A DNA stretch of 64,000 bases from the NCBI GenBank assembly GCA_015680685.1, contig MNCI01000175.1, forward strand, positions 1 to 64,000. Reading direction: 5' to 3'. Within the stretch, counting starts at the first letter, position 1. Every line of letters begins with the position of its first letter. The notes under the pieces were generated by a model, which saw only the letters and a program-made list of their open reading frames with translations, was not told the DNA's origin and searched no databases. This document shows positions 51,648 through 64,000 of the stretch, piece after piece. This DNA is from Gnetum montanum. Taxonomy: Eukaryota > Plantae > Gnetophyta. Position numbers and translations under genes: made by a program.

Positions 51648-52584
51648 TTTTGAACAGCGAGGTGCCCCTACACTCAACCATACAAATATGAGCATTTCAC
51701 GCACAATTTGGTCGAATTATAAGGACTAAGTGCTTATGCACCCTTATGGAACAAGGATGTGTTGGTTGATTGTTGTCTTCCCAAGCTTACCTGTATGTCA
51801 CAATTGTATGGTTAAGTAAGCTTGAGGCATATGATTTTTATAGCTTTTAAGTTTTTATGACCTATGCTAGTAGGGAAGGAGAGAGAGATAACTAAGTGAC
51901 TAATTTAACTTAACTAATGATTAACTAGGATTTAGCTAATCCTAACACTAGTATCCATTCTCACTTGCCATACACATCCTGAACCGGCAAAACACTACCA
52001 AGATTACCCAACGCTAATCGTTACTGGGTTAGCAAGTGTTACATGCATGCTTGAAGTGATCGTACTATGTAATTTAACAATTGCTTAATTGATCAAAATG
52101 AATTTCTGTGTTAATAACATAAATGTAAAGTGCATAAAATAAAATAAATGCATAAGAAAATAAAATAAAATAAATGTGTAAGAATGAATCAAAGAGCTCA
52201 TCTTTATTGCTATACACAAGGTGTGCTCAGGTACACAATGCTCAAATAAAGATCCATTCACACTTCAGCCTTTTACTGTAGGCACTTGGAAAATACTCTA
52301 ACTTTCAAACAAACTACAAGAGTTTCACTACTTGACTACTAAAAGACTTCTTCCCAATTGTGAACCTGGGCATTGTATTTATAGGCTTGGGAGTAACTAC
52401 TCTAATAATTAGAGTAACTACTCTAATAATTAGATAACTGCTAAAGCAACCGCTAGAGTAACCACTCTAATAATTAGAATAACTACTAAAGTAACCGCTA
52501 GAGAAACCACTATAATAATTAGAATAACTGCTAAAGTAACCACTCTAATAATTAGAATAATTACTAGAGTAACGACTCTCATCA
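51648..52584 (-). mobile_element. 5' LTR
   Basis: Repeat of 42438-43374, right end CTCATCA. The left terminus is degenerate (51648-51651). Confidence 0.9.
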
Positions 52585-52589
52585 ATAAT

Positions 52590-55160
52590 TTTGCATCATC
52601 TCACTAGTGTTAGAACATATATACCTTGGGATCCAGCTCATATGATGTAAATATTATGCTTATTTTATTTGTTGAGTTGTAATATGTTAAAGTACCAAAT
52701 GGTTTTGAAAATTTTTTTATGAATATTAGCATATCAATTTTTGGTCCATTAACTAGTATCTAATGCCTTCAAGTGGCTTAAGGCTCTTGACTAAAATTCA
52801 TAAATATTTTAAGAGAGATCAACAAAGAGCTTTTCATCAAAATGACAATTATTGTGCTATGATGGTATTTATTATTGAAAATTTTGATATTCATCATCTA
52901 TTAATGGTGCAACTAATGAGATACTTTAAGTCCAAATTTCTCCATACTTGATCTTGGTATGGCATTATAGATTTATTGATATTGATGAAATTCAAGGATG
53001 CATCTCTACAAAGGTAAGATGATAAAAGGAAAGATGCATTGTAAAAGTTGGAAGAAACTTAGTGCTTATGCAAGGGGAGCCTATACCTCATTAACAGTCA
53101 TTATCTTTTGTGCCACCAATGTAGGGGGAGTCTCTAAAACTCTCACCAAAAGATACTCAAGTTGCAGGACTTACAATTCTAGCATCCATGGTAGAAAATG
53201 AGAAAGAAAAGGTACATTTATATTGAAATCTGGTAAAGTATCTAAGGTAAAAGTGTAAGCTAATTTTGGTCAAATTATTTTGGATCCTTTACCTAAAGAT
53301 GGTCTTTATTGATGCTAGCATTTGAAATTGACATGATTTTGTCAAATTGCTTTATGAGCATTGTGTTAAGTATATGATTGATTCTTTCAAGATATTCAGA
53401 ATGTTCAACAATGCTACCTTAATCATTCTTATGAATATTGCATCTAAATTCTTTATAGAAAAATGTGTTTTTTCTCTTGTCTTAATAATGAAATCTACTT
53501 GTTGTATCTTTTGATGATGTCCAAAAAGGAGGAGAAGATGTTATGCATAAGGTATAAGATATGGATAAGATATTATTCATAAGATATGGCTGGTGGTAAT
53601 AATAGATATTTTGTGAAGAACCTTTGTTAAGACTTCACATTTATTATACAACCTTCATAATCAAGTATGTTAAGCAATTTTTTTATTACTAATGACTTAT
53701 TGTATCAAAGAAAAATTCTTGTTTTTAGTGCTTGAAGTTCAGCCTTTGATTCTAAAAGGAAAGATTCTTGGACAAAAACTGAAAGGCTATGATTATTTTC
53801 TATTGTATTTCAAAAATTATCTAATTTTTACTTAATTTATGAACAAATAAGGGGTAACTCTTTATGGGATTTATTTTAACTAGCCTTATGTTGAATATGT
53901 GTACTCATCAATGACTATTCATCTTTTTCATCCTTAGCTATATACATACAAATATTTGAGCCTTAATTGCTTAATCATATCATATTATGGATTATACAAA
54001 CCCATTTTCTTAAGTTTTTGACATCACCAAAAAGGGGGAGATTATTGAACTTTATGTATCTCAAAACCTTAGAAAATGAAAAATGTGGAAAATGTGATTA
54101 TAGTCTTATAGCACTTGAAAAAGATAAAATCATGATGATGAAAATATGTTAAGAATTAATTGGGAGAAATAGCTAGATGAGACCAAAACAAGCTCTAGGA
54201 TGTTGATAAGATCAAGATGAGAGCTAAGATGTTGATCTGAGATGACAAAAAGTCTCAATTAGAAAATAAAATGTACAAGACAAAAGAAGATGTTTCAAGA
54301 TCTGCAAAGATGTCCTAGAAGTTAGAGAGATGTCACAAAGTTAAAAGTGTAGTTATAGGCTAGACATCCTAAATAAATGATATACATTCTAATTGCTATT
54401 AGGACGTTCCAACTTTCAATGGGACATCCCATTTGAATGAAGGCTATTTTTATATAGATATCCCAAGCTCAAATGGAATGTCCCAACTAGCTATTTCCTA
54501 ACCACTGCATGAATTCCAAGGAGTTTTTGAAAAGTAAAAGGCTATAAAATAAAGTGAAACTCTTGGGAAATTTTAAATCACTATTCATTGAAATATTTAT
54601 TATCTACATCAAGTGAATTTGTTATGTTCCTTCAATTCTCTATCTTTTGTATTTTTTATTTGTATTGAGAACTTCATTGCAAGGAATTTGTAAAGTTAGT
54701 TACATTCGCTCCTTGATTCTTTTTCTCTTTTTCTAGCCATGTGGTTTATGTGCTTCTTGCAAGAAGGCATCTTATGAGATTGTTGGGATCTTATGAGATT
54801 GAGTATGTTTCTAGTGAGAAAACACTTTGTTTGAAGCTCACTTCTTTGTAAAGGTTGTGGGATCCTTGAAATCATATTTTGAGCTTATTGGGACCTTTAC
54901 TAGTTGAGTGTTTTTTCAACAAGAAAACACTCTAAGCAAAGCTCAAACATTGTAATATTTTGGTGTCCTTTAAACCAATTTTCAAAGGAACAAAGTCTAG
55001 AGGTGTGTAAGGATTCTACCCTCCAAGTGTGGATGTATCCAAGTTACGAAACCACATAATTTTATGTGCAGTTTTGTTTCTCTTAGTTGTTTTGGTTGTC
55101 TTAGTTGTTTGAATTCCAAGTTACTTATTCAACCCCCTTCTAAGTTCTCAATCCTCAACA
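52590..55160 (+). mobile_element. 3' remnant of a SIRE-type Ty1/copia element (probably starting at ~42290, split by the Athila insertion)
   Basis: Repeated PPT-like motifs CCAAAAAGGAGGAGA (53521) and CCAAAAAGGGGGAGAT (54026-54041), followed by an LTR. Upstream coding remnant too decayed to call. Confidence 0.6.
54042..55160 (+). mobile_element. SIRE-like 3' LTR
   Basis: TATTGA...TCAACA termini, GGACRTCC-like repeats at 54360-54485, CTATAAAA at ~54542, and the C-rich ATTCAACCCCCTTCT motif ~25 nt before the end. Confidence 0.7.
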
Positions 55161-56559
55161 TCCTATTCCATTCCCTCTTGGTCCTTATCTTTTCTTCTAG
55201 GCATCATCATCATCATCATTCTAGTATTATTCCAATAAAATAGGGTCAAGTACATGAGTTCTTTTTTGTTATTCATCTTTATGAAGAACTAGATTATTGT
55301 TTATATGTAGTTTCTTCAAATCATCTTTAATTAAAACATGTCTTGACTACAATGCATTACATTTGGGGAATGCCCTAACATCTACAAAATCTAAAAAATA
55401 ACTCATCCTTGAGATATTGCAATTTTTTATAGCCAACTACTAACCCAATGTTAACACTCCTAATTTCATATCCATGCATAATGATCATTATTAATTCTTA
55501 TTTCATGTGAGAAGAACCACATTCCTTTCATGATAAAGACCTCTTATTTATAGATATTAGAGGGATGGATGATGTGATTAAACTATTTTACCTAATTATT
55601 TACCTAATATCTTAATATCATAGGACATAATCCAAACAACAAAGTTATCCTTTGAACAAATGTAATAATTTTTAAAAACAATTTTGGAATGATATAAAGA
55701 AAACATAAAGTATAAAATACAAAATGAGTTAAATAAAATAATTTTTTTTAATTAAAAGAAATTTCAAAAAAACATTATTAAACAAAAATATGTAAAATGG
55801 GTCATCATAACGTGTTAATTTGGATAGATATCTTCCCCACAACTAGCTTAGAAGAAGGAGATATGAAATATGGAACAAGATTAAGCATTGGTAGAGTTAT
55901 ATACTTAATGCATGGATATTTGGGAATCCTTGAATGGTTTGATATGTTTCATGTTAACTACTGTGAGTTTTTGTGAATAGTTAGGATATTATATTTGCAT
56001 GATGCCAAATTCAAAGGTAGAATGTAAAATGTAAGATCCTTCTTAGAGTGTTTGAAGTTTGCTAAATTGAGATACATGAGTGGGGTTTCAATAAAGAACC
56101 TTGTCTCTAAGTTGAAATTCTAATTGTCTTATCTTAGTTTCATGTTGTGGTTTAGTGTAGGCTTTGTACTTCATTTATAATGAGAGCTACTCTCTTATTC
56201 TCATTTAGCATTTTAAGATTCATGAGTTGTTTTTTTTTTTGTGCTAGAGTAATGCTATGATTAAATTCATAAATTTTGTAGAGTATATGTAGATTGGTTT
56301 GGATAGGAAGTTTCAATAGCTTATCATATGCTAGTTTAAAAGGAGAGTATCCTATAAGGAGCTTCCAATTGGAGCAATCAATAGATAAGACATTGTTATA
56401 TTTTTGTTTTAGTATTTTTTATATTTGCTAATAGTCTTGGTAAGGATTCAAGTGATTTTCCTATTGGTTACTTTAGCTTAACTCTTAGGTTGAGGTTGGT
56501 AGGATGTGCTAAGTTTATGGTCTACCCTTAAATGTTTCATTAGATTTTTGAAAGTATCA

Positions 56560-59500
56560 TCTATAAAGTGAGTACCATTATTAAAAATAAGTGTCCTTGA
56601 TACATGAAACCTACTTACCACTTATTATTGAAAAATCCTAGCTATTATTGCTACTGTACAATCTATTATTGTTATGGCCTCTATCCATTTCATGTAGTAG
56701 TCTATAGCAATAATGATGTAGGACTTCCCATTGGACATGTATATGATGAGACCTATAAAGTCAATTTTTCATAAGCCAAATGCTCTAATGGTTGGATTAA
56801 TTATTGTGGATCCTTAAGCTTGGTAATCATATGACCATCACATTAACATATTTCATAGGATTGATAAATAGATGAGCATCCTTGAAGATTGTCAACCAAA
56901 CGTTTCTTACCATGAGGATTGTTATGGTCATTCTTCTTCCTATAAAGTGGCCTCCATAATGTCCATTGTAAATGTCTTGGAGAAATTTTGTCTAATATTC
57001 CTTGAAAACACACCATTGTATCAAGTCATCTCTACAGATATTTTAGAGGTTTCCCTCTATCTCCATGTAGTTCTTAATTTGGTATAATAATGGTTACCTC
57101 ATATACTTGTACCATGTACTAAGAATTCTTTTTTTGAGTAGATAAATAATATAATTGACATACTAAAACATTACTACATCAAATATCATCATTATTTCAT
57201 TTACAAATAATAATTCATGGGGAAATTGATCAAACAATGGCTCTTCATCATCCTTATTATCTTATCATAACTGAGACAAATGAATTGCTCCAATGTTCTC
57301 AATCCTCTTTTTGTCTATCATTATGATATTTAACTCCTAAAAATGACTACCATCATAAGATAAGATGGTTATCTATTATTTTATTCATTAATAACCATCT
57401 TGCACTATGATCGGTGTGCACAAAAACTAAGTATCTATGCACATAATACCTGAATTTCTCTATGGTATACACCATAACAATCAACTTTTTTGTGGTGTTG
57501 TAGCTCATTTTTGCACTTAAGATACTTCTACTTGTATAATGGATATAATATGAATATCTCTAATCATCCAATTATATAATCACTACTCCAATGTGAAGTT
57601 GGATGCATTGGTTATCAAGAGATTATAGAATTGGACTCTTTGTAAGCTTTTGTTTCAAAAGTTCAAATGCATCATCATATTCCTTGGTCCATTTGAATGC
57701 TGCATCCTTTTTCATCAACTCCACTCATGGCTTTGTAATTTTTGATAAGTTCTTAATGAATCTTTGATAAGAGTCTATGTGTCTAAGGAATGATCTAACA
57801 TCTTTCACTATTATGGCTTTTGTGTGATTCCTAAACCATTAAATGGCATTTTTATTAGTTAATCTTAAGATTGGTCTCTATGCACTCCTTAGTACCCACT
57901 CCAAATACTGATAAAAAGCTATGAAAATTTATAGTTATATTACATAAGTAAAAAAACATCTTCTTATATGCAAAAGTTCCGTAGGAACTTGTGAATGTGG
58001 TTTTGGCCTAATATTTTGAGGCTATTTAAATCTAATTATAGTCACTATAGTAGTCTAAGAAGCTATAATACTTGTGGCCTATAATAGTATTCAAGACTTA
58101 ATCCAAAAATGGAAGTAAAAAATGATCCCTCAAAGCTACAATGTTTAACAACCTAAAATTGATGTAGATTCTCCATTGCTTATCTTTCTTTCCTACAATG
58201 ACAAGGGAGCTTACCCACTCACTATCCACTATAGGGTATATGAAGCCAACCTTAAGGAGCTTTTACACTTCCTTCTTGATAAATTTTCTTAAGTTTAGAA
58301 TTCAATTTCCATTGTGGTTATTGTTTAGGCTTAATGGTTGGATCTATGTAGATTTGATATTATCATATGTATAGATCAATACCTCCTGGATGTCTACCTT
58401 TTCATCACATTTAGGTTTAAGTATAAACCCAAAAATCCTAGAGATGTAATATTATAGGGTAAAAATCCTTAGGATTTACATTAACAAATGTCATGATTAT
58501 CATCTTCTGATTCAAAGTCTACGATCTCTTCAACTATATCTACTTTCCATTTTAGTTGGTAGTAGTCCCTTCCTACATCCTTTTTCTTTTTCTTAACTCT
58601 ACCTTATTCTACTTTCTTCTCCATGATCTTCAACATTTTTAGAATTTTTCAACTATTAAGTGCCACATCTTATGAATCTTTACTAAGATTTTACTAACTA
58701 ATTTTTGAATATGCAAGGTTTTTCTTTACACTACTTCCTTCAATGGTGCTTCCCCATCTAGCTCATAGATATACATATCCTTTTGATGGATAGAGGAATC
58801 CCTATGGTACTTCTTTAAAATTTCTCTTTTCTTAAGTCCTTCTTCCTCCTTTTCCACTTAATCAATTACTCGTTGGATCTGATAGGCTCTCATTTATGAT
58901 AATTTTCCTTCAGCATAGACACCAAGAGTTTCTCTTCTTTTGTTTCTTAGTCTATCTGTGATATGATGAAACTATTCCCTTTGAAAGAAGCCATGGGCTA
59001 AGAACATATGTAGTAAAGAATAATATCTTCTTAAGGCTACATCAAGGGATTCATGCTTATCTTGTTTCTATCCATAAATGGTCTTTCTCAAGTTAGACAC
59101 TTGAGAGTAGATTTAATACTATTTGTTAAATAACACCAACATCATACTTTACCTTCTAATAGATTCCAACTTCAAGAACCAATACCAACTTCTAGCTTCT
59201 TTAATGAGTATCTTGGGAAAGAATTTTAATTTTTTTTTCATTTTTTCTCTATGTTCCACAATGTGTAAGCATCATGGAAAGCTTGCAAATGTATTATCAA
59301 TTTACATTGTAGGGTCCATTGAAGTTAGGGATGTTATTCATACCAAACCATTTAATTTGGATATCCCTATGATGCTTTATAAGCATGTAAAATGCCTTCT
59401 CAATGGTAATAATTCTCTTAGTAACAAGAATAGTTCATCATAATTATCATATTCATCATAGTCCTTATCATGATCATGTGTCCTTTAGCATTTCCTAGTA

Positions 59501-59900
59501 TGCCTTCATTCATGTTGATGCCCAACTTCTTACCCATATTTATTTTCTCTTCTACCATTCCTATTATGATCTCTTTTATCACCGTTACAATAGGCTCTTC
59601 TCTCATCTCCACTAGATCTATGTTTATTTCTCCTCTAGCTACTTTCATGCTCATCAGAGGCTAATGATAATGATGATGAGGAAAATGAAAAAGAACTACA
59701 AGAGTTATGATAACTTTCTTTTCTTCAATGACCCCTTTGATGTTCTCTAGGTGGCCTTCTAGAAGACGTAGGACTTAACTAAGGAGGGGAGGATTTTGGC
59801 CATCAGATTAGCTATATTGATAATTGATATTCTAGTTCTCTAATTGTAATGTTATTGGGATGATAGCATCCTTTCCCATAGTGGCTTCATGATATGTTTC
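56560..59900 (-). pseudogene. Heavily decayed, internally deleted Athila-like gag-pol
   Basis: 56570-56850 resembles integrase 46020-46290, 57400-57840 resembles RH/RT, 58060-58330 resembles the RT N-terminus (WVSSLVIVGKK), and gag-like remnants lie at 58900-59400. Boundaries approximate. Confidence 0.7.
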
Positions 59901-60017
59901 TATGCAGTGGTCCTTTTGCAATTGGGAATCAGTGAGTTAGTAAGTTCTAAACATCTTATTAGTCATCCTACAGTCTAGAGCAACTACTTCAAGTTCTATA
60001 TTGACTGAAATCATCGG

Positions 60018-61726
60018 TGTAAGGCTGGAGGGAAAAACAAACACCGAGAGATCACCAGATAGGTACAGCTAACCCTACCTTCACGTGAGGGAAATCTATA
60101 AAAGAAAATGAAGGTAGAGTGCCTTGGATGGTTTGCATGCAAATCAACCATGGACTTCCCCAAATGTAAGCTAAGTCTTGCACTATGGTTATTGTAACTA
60201 ATGTGTGAAATGTGAACAGTAGCATAGGAGATGCAAACAGAGCATATAGAGAAATGTATTGTAAAAAAAGCATAAACTGAATTTAAAACAGAGTACTTAA
60301 TATAATGGAAGGAAAAATGAACTATATTATATTGCTTAGAATGAATGTGCACCAGTCAAAGTGTAGCTGCACATGTGGGTGGCAAGTCAAGCACTAAGCC
60401 CCAGGGTGATATGCTTACAAGTGCTTGGATGCTAGGAGTTAGGTGCACTCGAACGTCCAAGAGTTTCTAGTCAGTGTTTCCTAAGCTACTAACCTTCAAA
60501 ATTTTCCACCCTATTTATGTGAATGGATGGGGTATTTATAAGGTTTGGCTAGGCTCGAGCATGAAATTCATGGATGGAATAAACAGCTGAGAGATGAGAA
60601 GAAAATAGATCATGTGACACATGTTTGATGGACATGTATGTGTGAGTTGACGCGCATGAGCAAACTATGTTCTTGACCAGGTGCACTGTATCTTATAGCG
60701 TGTGTTAGCTTACGCAAGCTAGCTTATGCCCATAAAACTAGATACAATTTTGGAGCGTAAGAGCTTGATGAGCTCACAAATGATGAAAATTTACAATGAA
60801 AATGATATGTACGACAAGAGAGATTGACTCTGGATCACTTAAAACTTCTCAGTCCCTAAATTGACTGTTACAGGATGTCATTTTGAGTGGTTTTATGACT
60901 GTTCAAGGAATCTCTATATCATCAGAGCTTCCAACGTGAGTTGATTTTGTCTTGGTGTGTCCTCAGTGTGTGTTTGGCGTGCTTTTGACTAGGCATGATT
61001 AGTACTCATGCTGCATTCACGCTATCAGCGTGACCTCAACATGAGTGAGAAAACAATGTCATATTCTACACCAATTTTTGACCTTTGAAGCCTGTTTCTT
61101 GAGTACAACGATTGTCTGACTATGGTTGACTTTGAGAGTGAGCTACAAGTCAAAACATTAAGCTTGGATGTGCCTTGTTTTAAACCACTTTTGGTAGCTC
61201 ATGGTAGACTCACATTGCTAGTGTGAGCTCAATGTGACCTGAGCGTGAGCCACAAAAACTTCCAATTTTGGACCTGAAATCCCAAATTCTGGAGGTTGGG
61301 ACTTGAAGTTGCCGACAATGAAGCCTAAGGATGACTTGCACCTTGGAATCAAATCATTTTGACTCAATTTTAAGGCTCTCAGAGTTGCTCATGCTACAAT
61401 CACATTGCCAGTGTGACCTGAGTGTGACCATAGCATAAGTGAGAAAATTTGTACCATTTGACCTAAAATTTGCATTCTCGAATGCTATAACTTGAACTGG
61501 ACACAACAATGTCCCTTGAGAATGACTTGCACCCTCAGATTGGACCATCTTTAACTTGATTTTGAAGTCATTGGAGTTGCTCACGCTAAGGGCAAGCTAG
61601 CTTGAGCAAGCTGAGTTGATAAGCCGAGCGTGAGTTAAATGCCTTAGTCAAATGTTTGCTTGCCAAAAGCTTTGAAGGATGTGAATTCTCACTTCAAAGT
61701 GCTAGGCCAAAATTAGTGGTGTTTCA
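60018..61726 (-). mobile_element. 3' LTR of a second Tat element
   Basis: The right end (reverse complement TGAAACACC) is preceded by PPT ACAAAGAGGGGCCAA, as in the first Tat. The left end TGTAAGGCTGGA resembles the reverse complement of the first Tat LTR end (TGTAACGATGGA). Reverse TATA at ~60533-60540. Confidence 0.75.
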
Positions 61727-62929
61727 TTGGCCCCTCTTTGTTGGTGCTTGGAGGAATCCACCTGAGAGGCGTCGACAAAGAAGTATAAAATAGCATGACC
61801 AACCAAGTACCAAGCATTATCTGTCGGCCCTTAGCTAGACATCATCGCACCTTGTTCAGAAGTACATGGGATTGGGGAAATGCAATTCAAGATGCATGGG
61901 GATTGGTTGTAACTAGGGAAATTAAGAGTTGATCAAGGGTTATAATTTCTATTGGAATTGTAGGAGAGGAATGCTCTCACATGAAAAAGCCATATCTTTA
62001 GTTCTTGTACGGAGCTGATTTTCAGCAGACTCGGAACCAAGACATAGGAAGTGCATTCTTTAGAGAAATGAGACTCTTATATAGTGTTTACGGGAGCCCA
62101 TTGTAAATAGCCAAAGCCACGTGATGATGTGCAACATGATCTTTTGAGACATGAGTGTAATTATTTTTCTAAGACAATTGCCTTCCTACCTGGGGCTTGT
62201 ATGAGAAGAGCCAAAGGTCTTTGGTCTATGATGTCAACGAGGTCATGAAGACCTTTTTCGTGCATTTTTCTCTTTGATCTATTTTTAATTCCTTTTTTTC
62301 TTTTTTGTTTGTTTTTCTTTTCTTTTTTTGTTCTTGTTTTTTTTCTTTCTCTTTTTCTTTTGTTCTTTTTGGAAGAGCTTTTTTTTCAGTGCTATGCTCA
62401 TGCTCATGCGTTAGCATTTGTATCATGTGCCATGCACTATGTTTTGCATTGCAACTACTTAGAGAATCATAGTGTGCAACAATGTATCAAGAGCTTCAGG
62501 ATGAGTAGAACATATCAAGGGGGTGTAATTGAATAGGACAAGGGGAACATGATGGGGAATAGGGAATGTATCAGTAGTCAGGGAATGTACTTATGAATGG
62601 ATTGATTAACCCAGTTCTGGACATCAGGAATAATGTGATACCTCGTTGTCATGATGAAGTGCATCTGTGCACAAACACCTCAAGCATGTCATCCTGCAAA
62701 CACAACTCTAAGAAGACAAGAAAAACCAAAAATCAATCAGTTAACTAAGTACTTTGAACTTGAAAATAACCAAGGAGATGGAGCCACCATGTGTGATTTC
62801 AAAGCAAATAGAACAACATCAACTTGATCTGGGTCCATGAGACAAATTGTGCAGCAAGTTTTTGTGGAACACATACAACCAATTGCAACAACATATATTT
62901 TCAAGTTTTGCCTGGTCCTTGATGATGTC

Positions 62930-63255
62930 ACCAGTTTATAGTCTTAGCAGACTGTTGTAGGTTAGTTTCACGTCATAACCCTTTGGATGGTGCCAATTTA
63001 GCATTGTAGTGGATGATGCATTGCTAGTTTATAGTTGTAGCAAACTGTGAAGAGGCAAAACAGTTTATAGTCTTAGTGGACTCTAGATGCTAGTTTCACA
63101 TCATGGTGGAAAAATGTGGTAGTTTAATGTCATGTCGGACAAAGCTCTATGGTGTTGATTTATTGTCATGACTCCAAGACACTCTGTGGTGCTAGTTTCA
63201 AGTCATATCCCTAGGACCGTTCTATGGTATCAATTTTAGATCATGATACTAAGAT
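62930..63255 (-). repeat. Array of ~10 copies of the Tat 3' motif (GTC...AAACTRGC on the minus strand) with variable spacers
   Basis: For example CCAGTTTATAGTCTTAGCAGAC, GCTAGTTTATAGTTGTAGCAAAC and GGTAGTTTAATGTCATGTCGGAC. Confidence 0.8.
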
Positions 63256-63275
63256 CGTTACGTACCTTAGTTTGA

Positions 63276-64000
63276 TCAAACATAGTACCATTTCAAGTAC
63301 AGGTGATTTGTAGGATTAGTGAACTAATTCCTGTCCATGTTAGCAAGTTTGAATGCTCTATTATTATACACCTTGGTGACTAAGTAAGGTCCTTCCTAGT
63401 TAGCTAAGAATTTATTTGGATGTTCATGGACGACCTTAAGGACTAGGTCTCCTTCTTTAATCAGGTACTTATGCAGATTGTGTTTGTGTCCTTGATGTTG
63501 TTGTTTTTGGTACCACTCGATCTGATCAAGTGTTCGTACACATTCCTCTTCCACCAAGTAAAGGTCAGAAATGTGCATTTCATTGCTTTGGCTTTCATCG
63601 AGGAGGCCTGAGAGAGCTATCTACATCGAGGGAACTTGTAACTCCAAAGGTAAAACAGCTTTAGATTCGTATACAAGACTATATGGAGTTTTACCTGTAG
63701 GTGTCGATGTGTCATTCTATATGCCCATAATGCATAGAATAATTGTTCATGCCATCATCTCTTGCTCTGATTTAACATCTTTTTGAGCACCATGATGATA
63801 GTTTTTTTTTGTAGCCTATGCTTGACCATTGCCCTATGGGTAGTAAGGTGATGAGAATGCGTGTTTAATACCCATGATTTCATAGAAGCTTTTAGTATCT
63901 GCACTGTTGAACTGTGGCTCATTGTTGGTAACGATGGTCATCGGAATACCAAAATGGATCATGATTTTTTCTATTATGAAATTGCAAACATATTTAGAGG
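63276..64000 (-). pseudogene. Decayed Tat integrase (core and C-terminus), continuing beyond the window
   Basis: FGIPMTIVTNNEPQFNS, EGDLVLKVVHEHPNKFLAN and TNHLYLKWYYV*, homologous to 26130-26822. Confidence 0.9.

Larger units (their letters stand above)
42438..52584 (-). mobile_element. Full-length Athila-like Ty3/gypsy element, 10.1 kb
   Basis: Two 937-bp LTRs, near-perfect TSD GTAAT/ATAAT, PBS at 51629-51646, PPT (reverse complement CGTGGGGGTA) at 43375-43384, decayed gag-pol. Confidence 0.93.

Noticed and set aside
55161-56560. AT-rich unassigned interval
   Set aside because: No motif, terminus or reading frame I can support; probably old repeat debris.
62226-62536. Lys-rich and Phe-rich ORFs
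   Set aside because: Low-complexity T-rich tract in the Tat 3' region.

Overview
This is AT-rich plant nuclear DNA made almost entirely of nested, decayed LTR retrotransposons. I found no host gene, RNA gene or CRISPR array. Contents from left to right: (1) a + strand Athila-like Ty3/gypsy remnant (1-~7.8 kb) holding an inverted solo LTR with a perfect TTTGT target-site duplication (TSD); (2) a minus-strand head-to-tail array of a second Athila-like family, whose two LTRs (11531-12437, 37086-38015) each have a PPT on one side and a PBS on the other; (3) a full-length 17.2-kb Tat-clade element inserted in that array (12932-30116; TSD GTGAT, tRNA-Asn PBS, RT-RH-aRH-INT); (4) a full-length 10.1-kb Athila-like element (42438-52584) inside a SIRE/copia remnant; (5) another decayed gypsy internal region; (6) the 3' end of a second Tat element. 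The main finding is in the Tat element. About 5 kb separates protease from RT, at the position of the Ogre-type intron. On the antisense strand this interval carries an 8-exon gene (19098-23124, about 1082 aa reconstructed by hand) with a candidate TATA box. It encodes an FCP1/SCP (NIF, HAD-fold) phosphatase-like domain with degenerate catalytic residues, a tentative plant-mobile-domain-like region, a coiled coil and an acidic tail. This copy carries premature stops. All domain calls are by eye and need HMM confirmation. Two single-N gaps (7842, 31451) limit long-range inferences.
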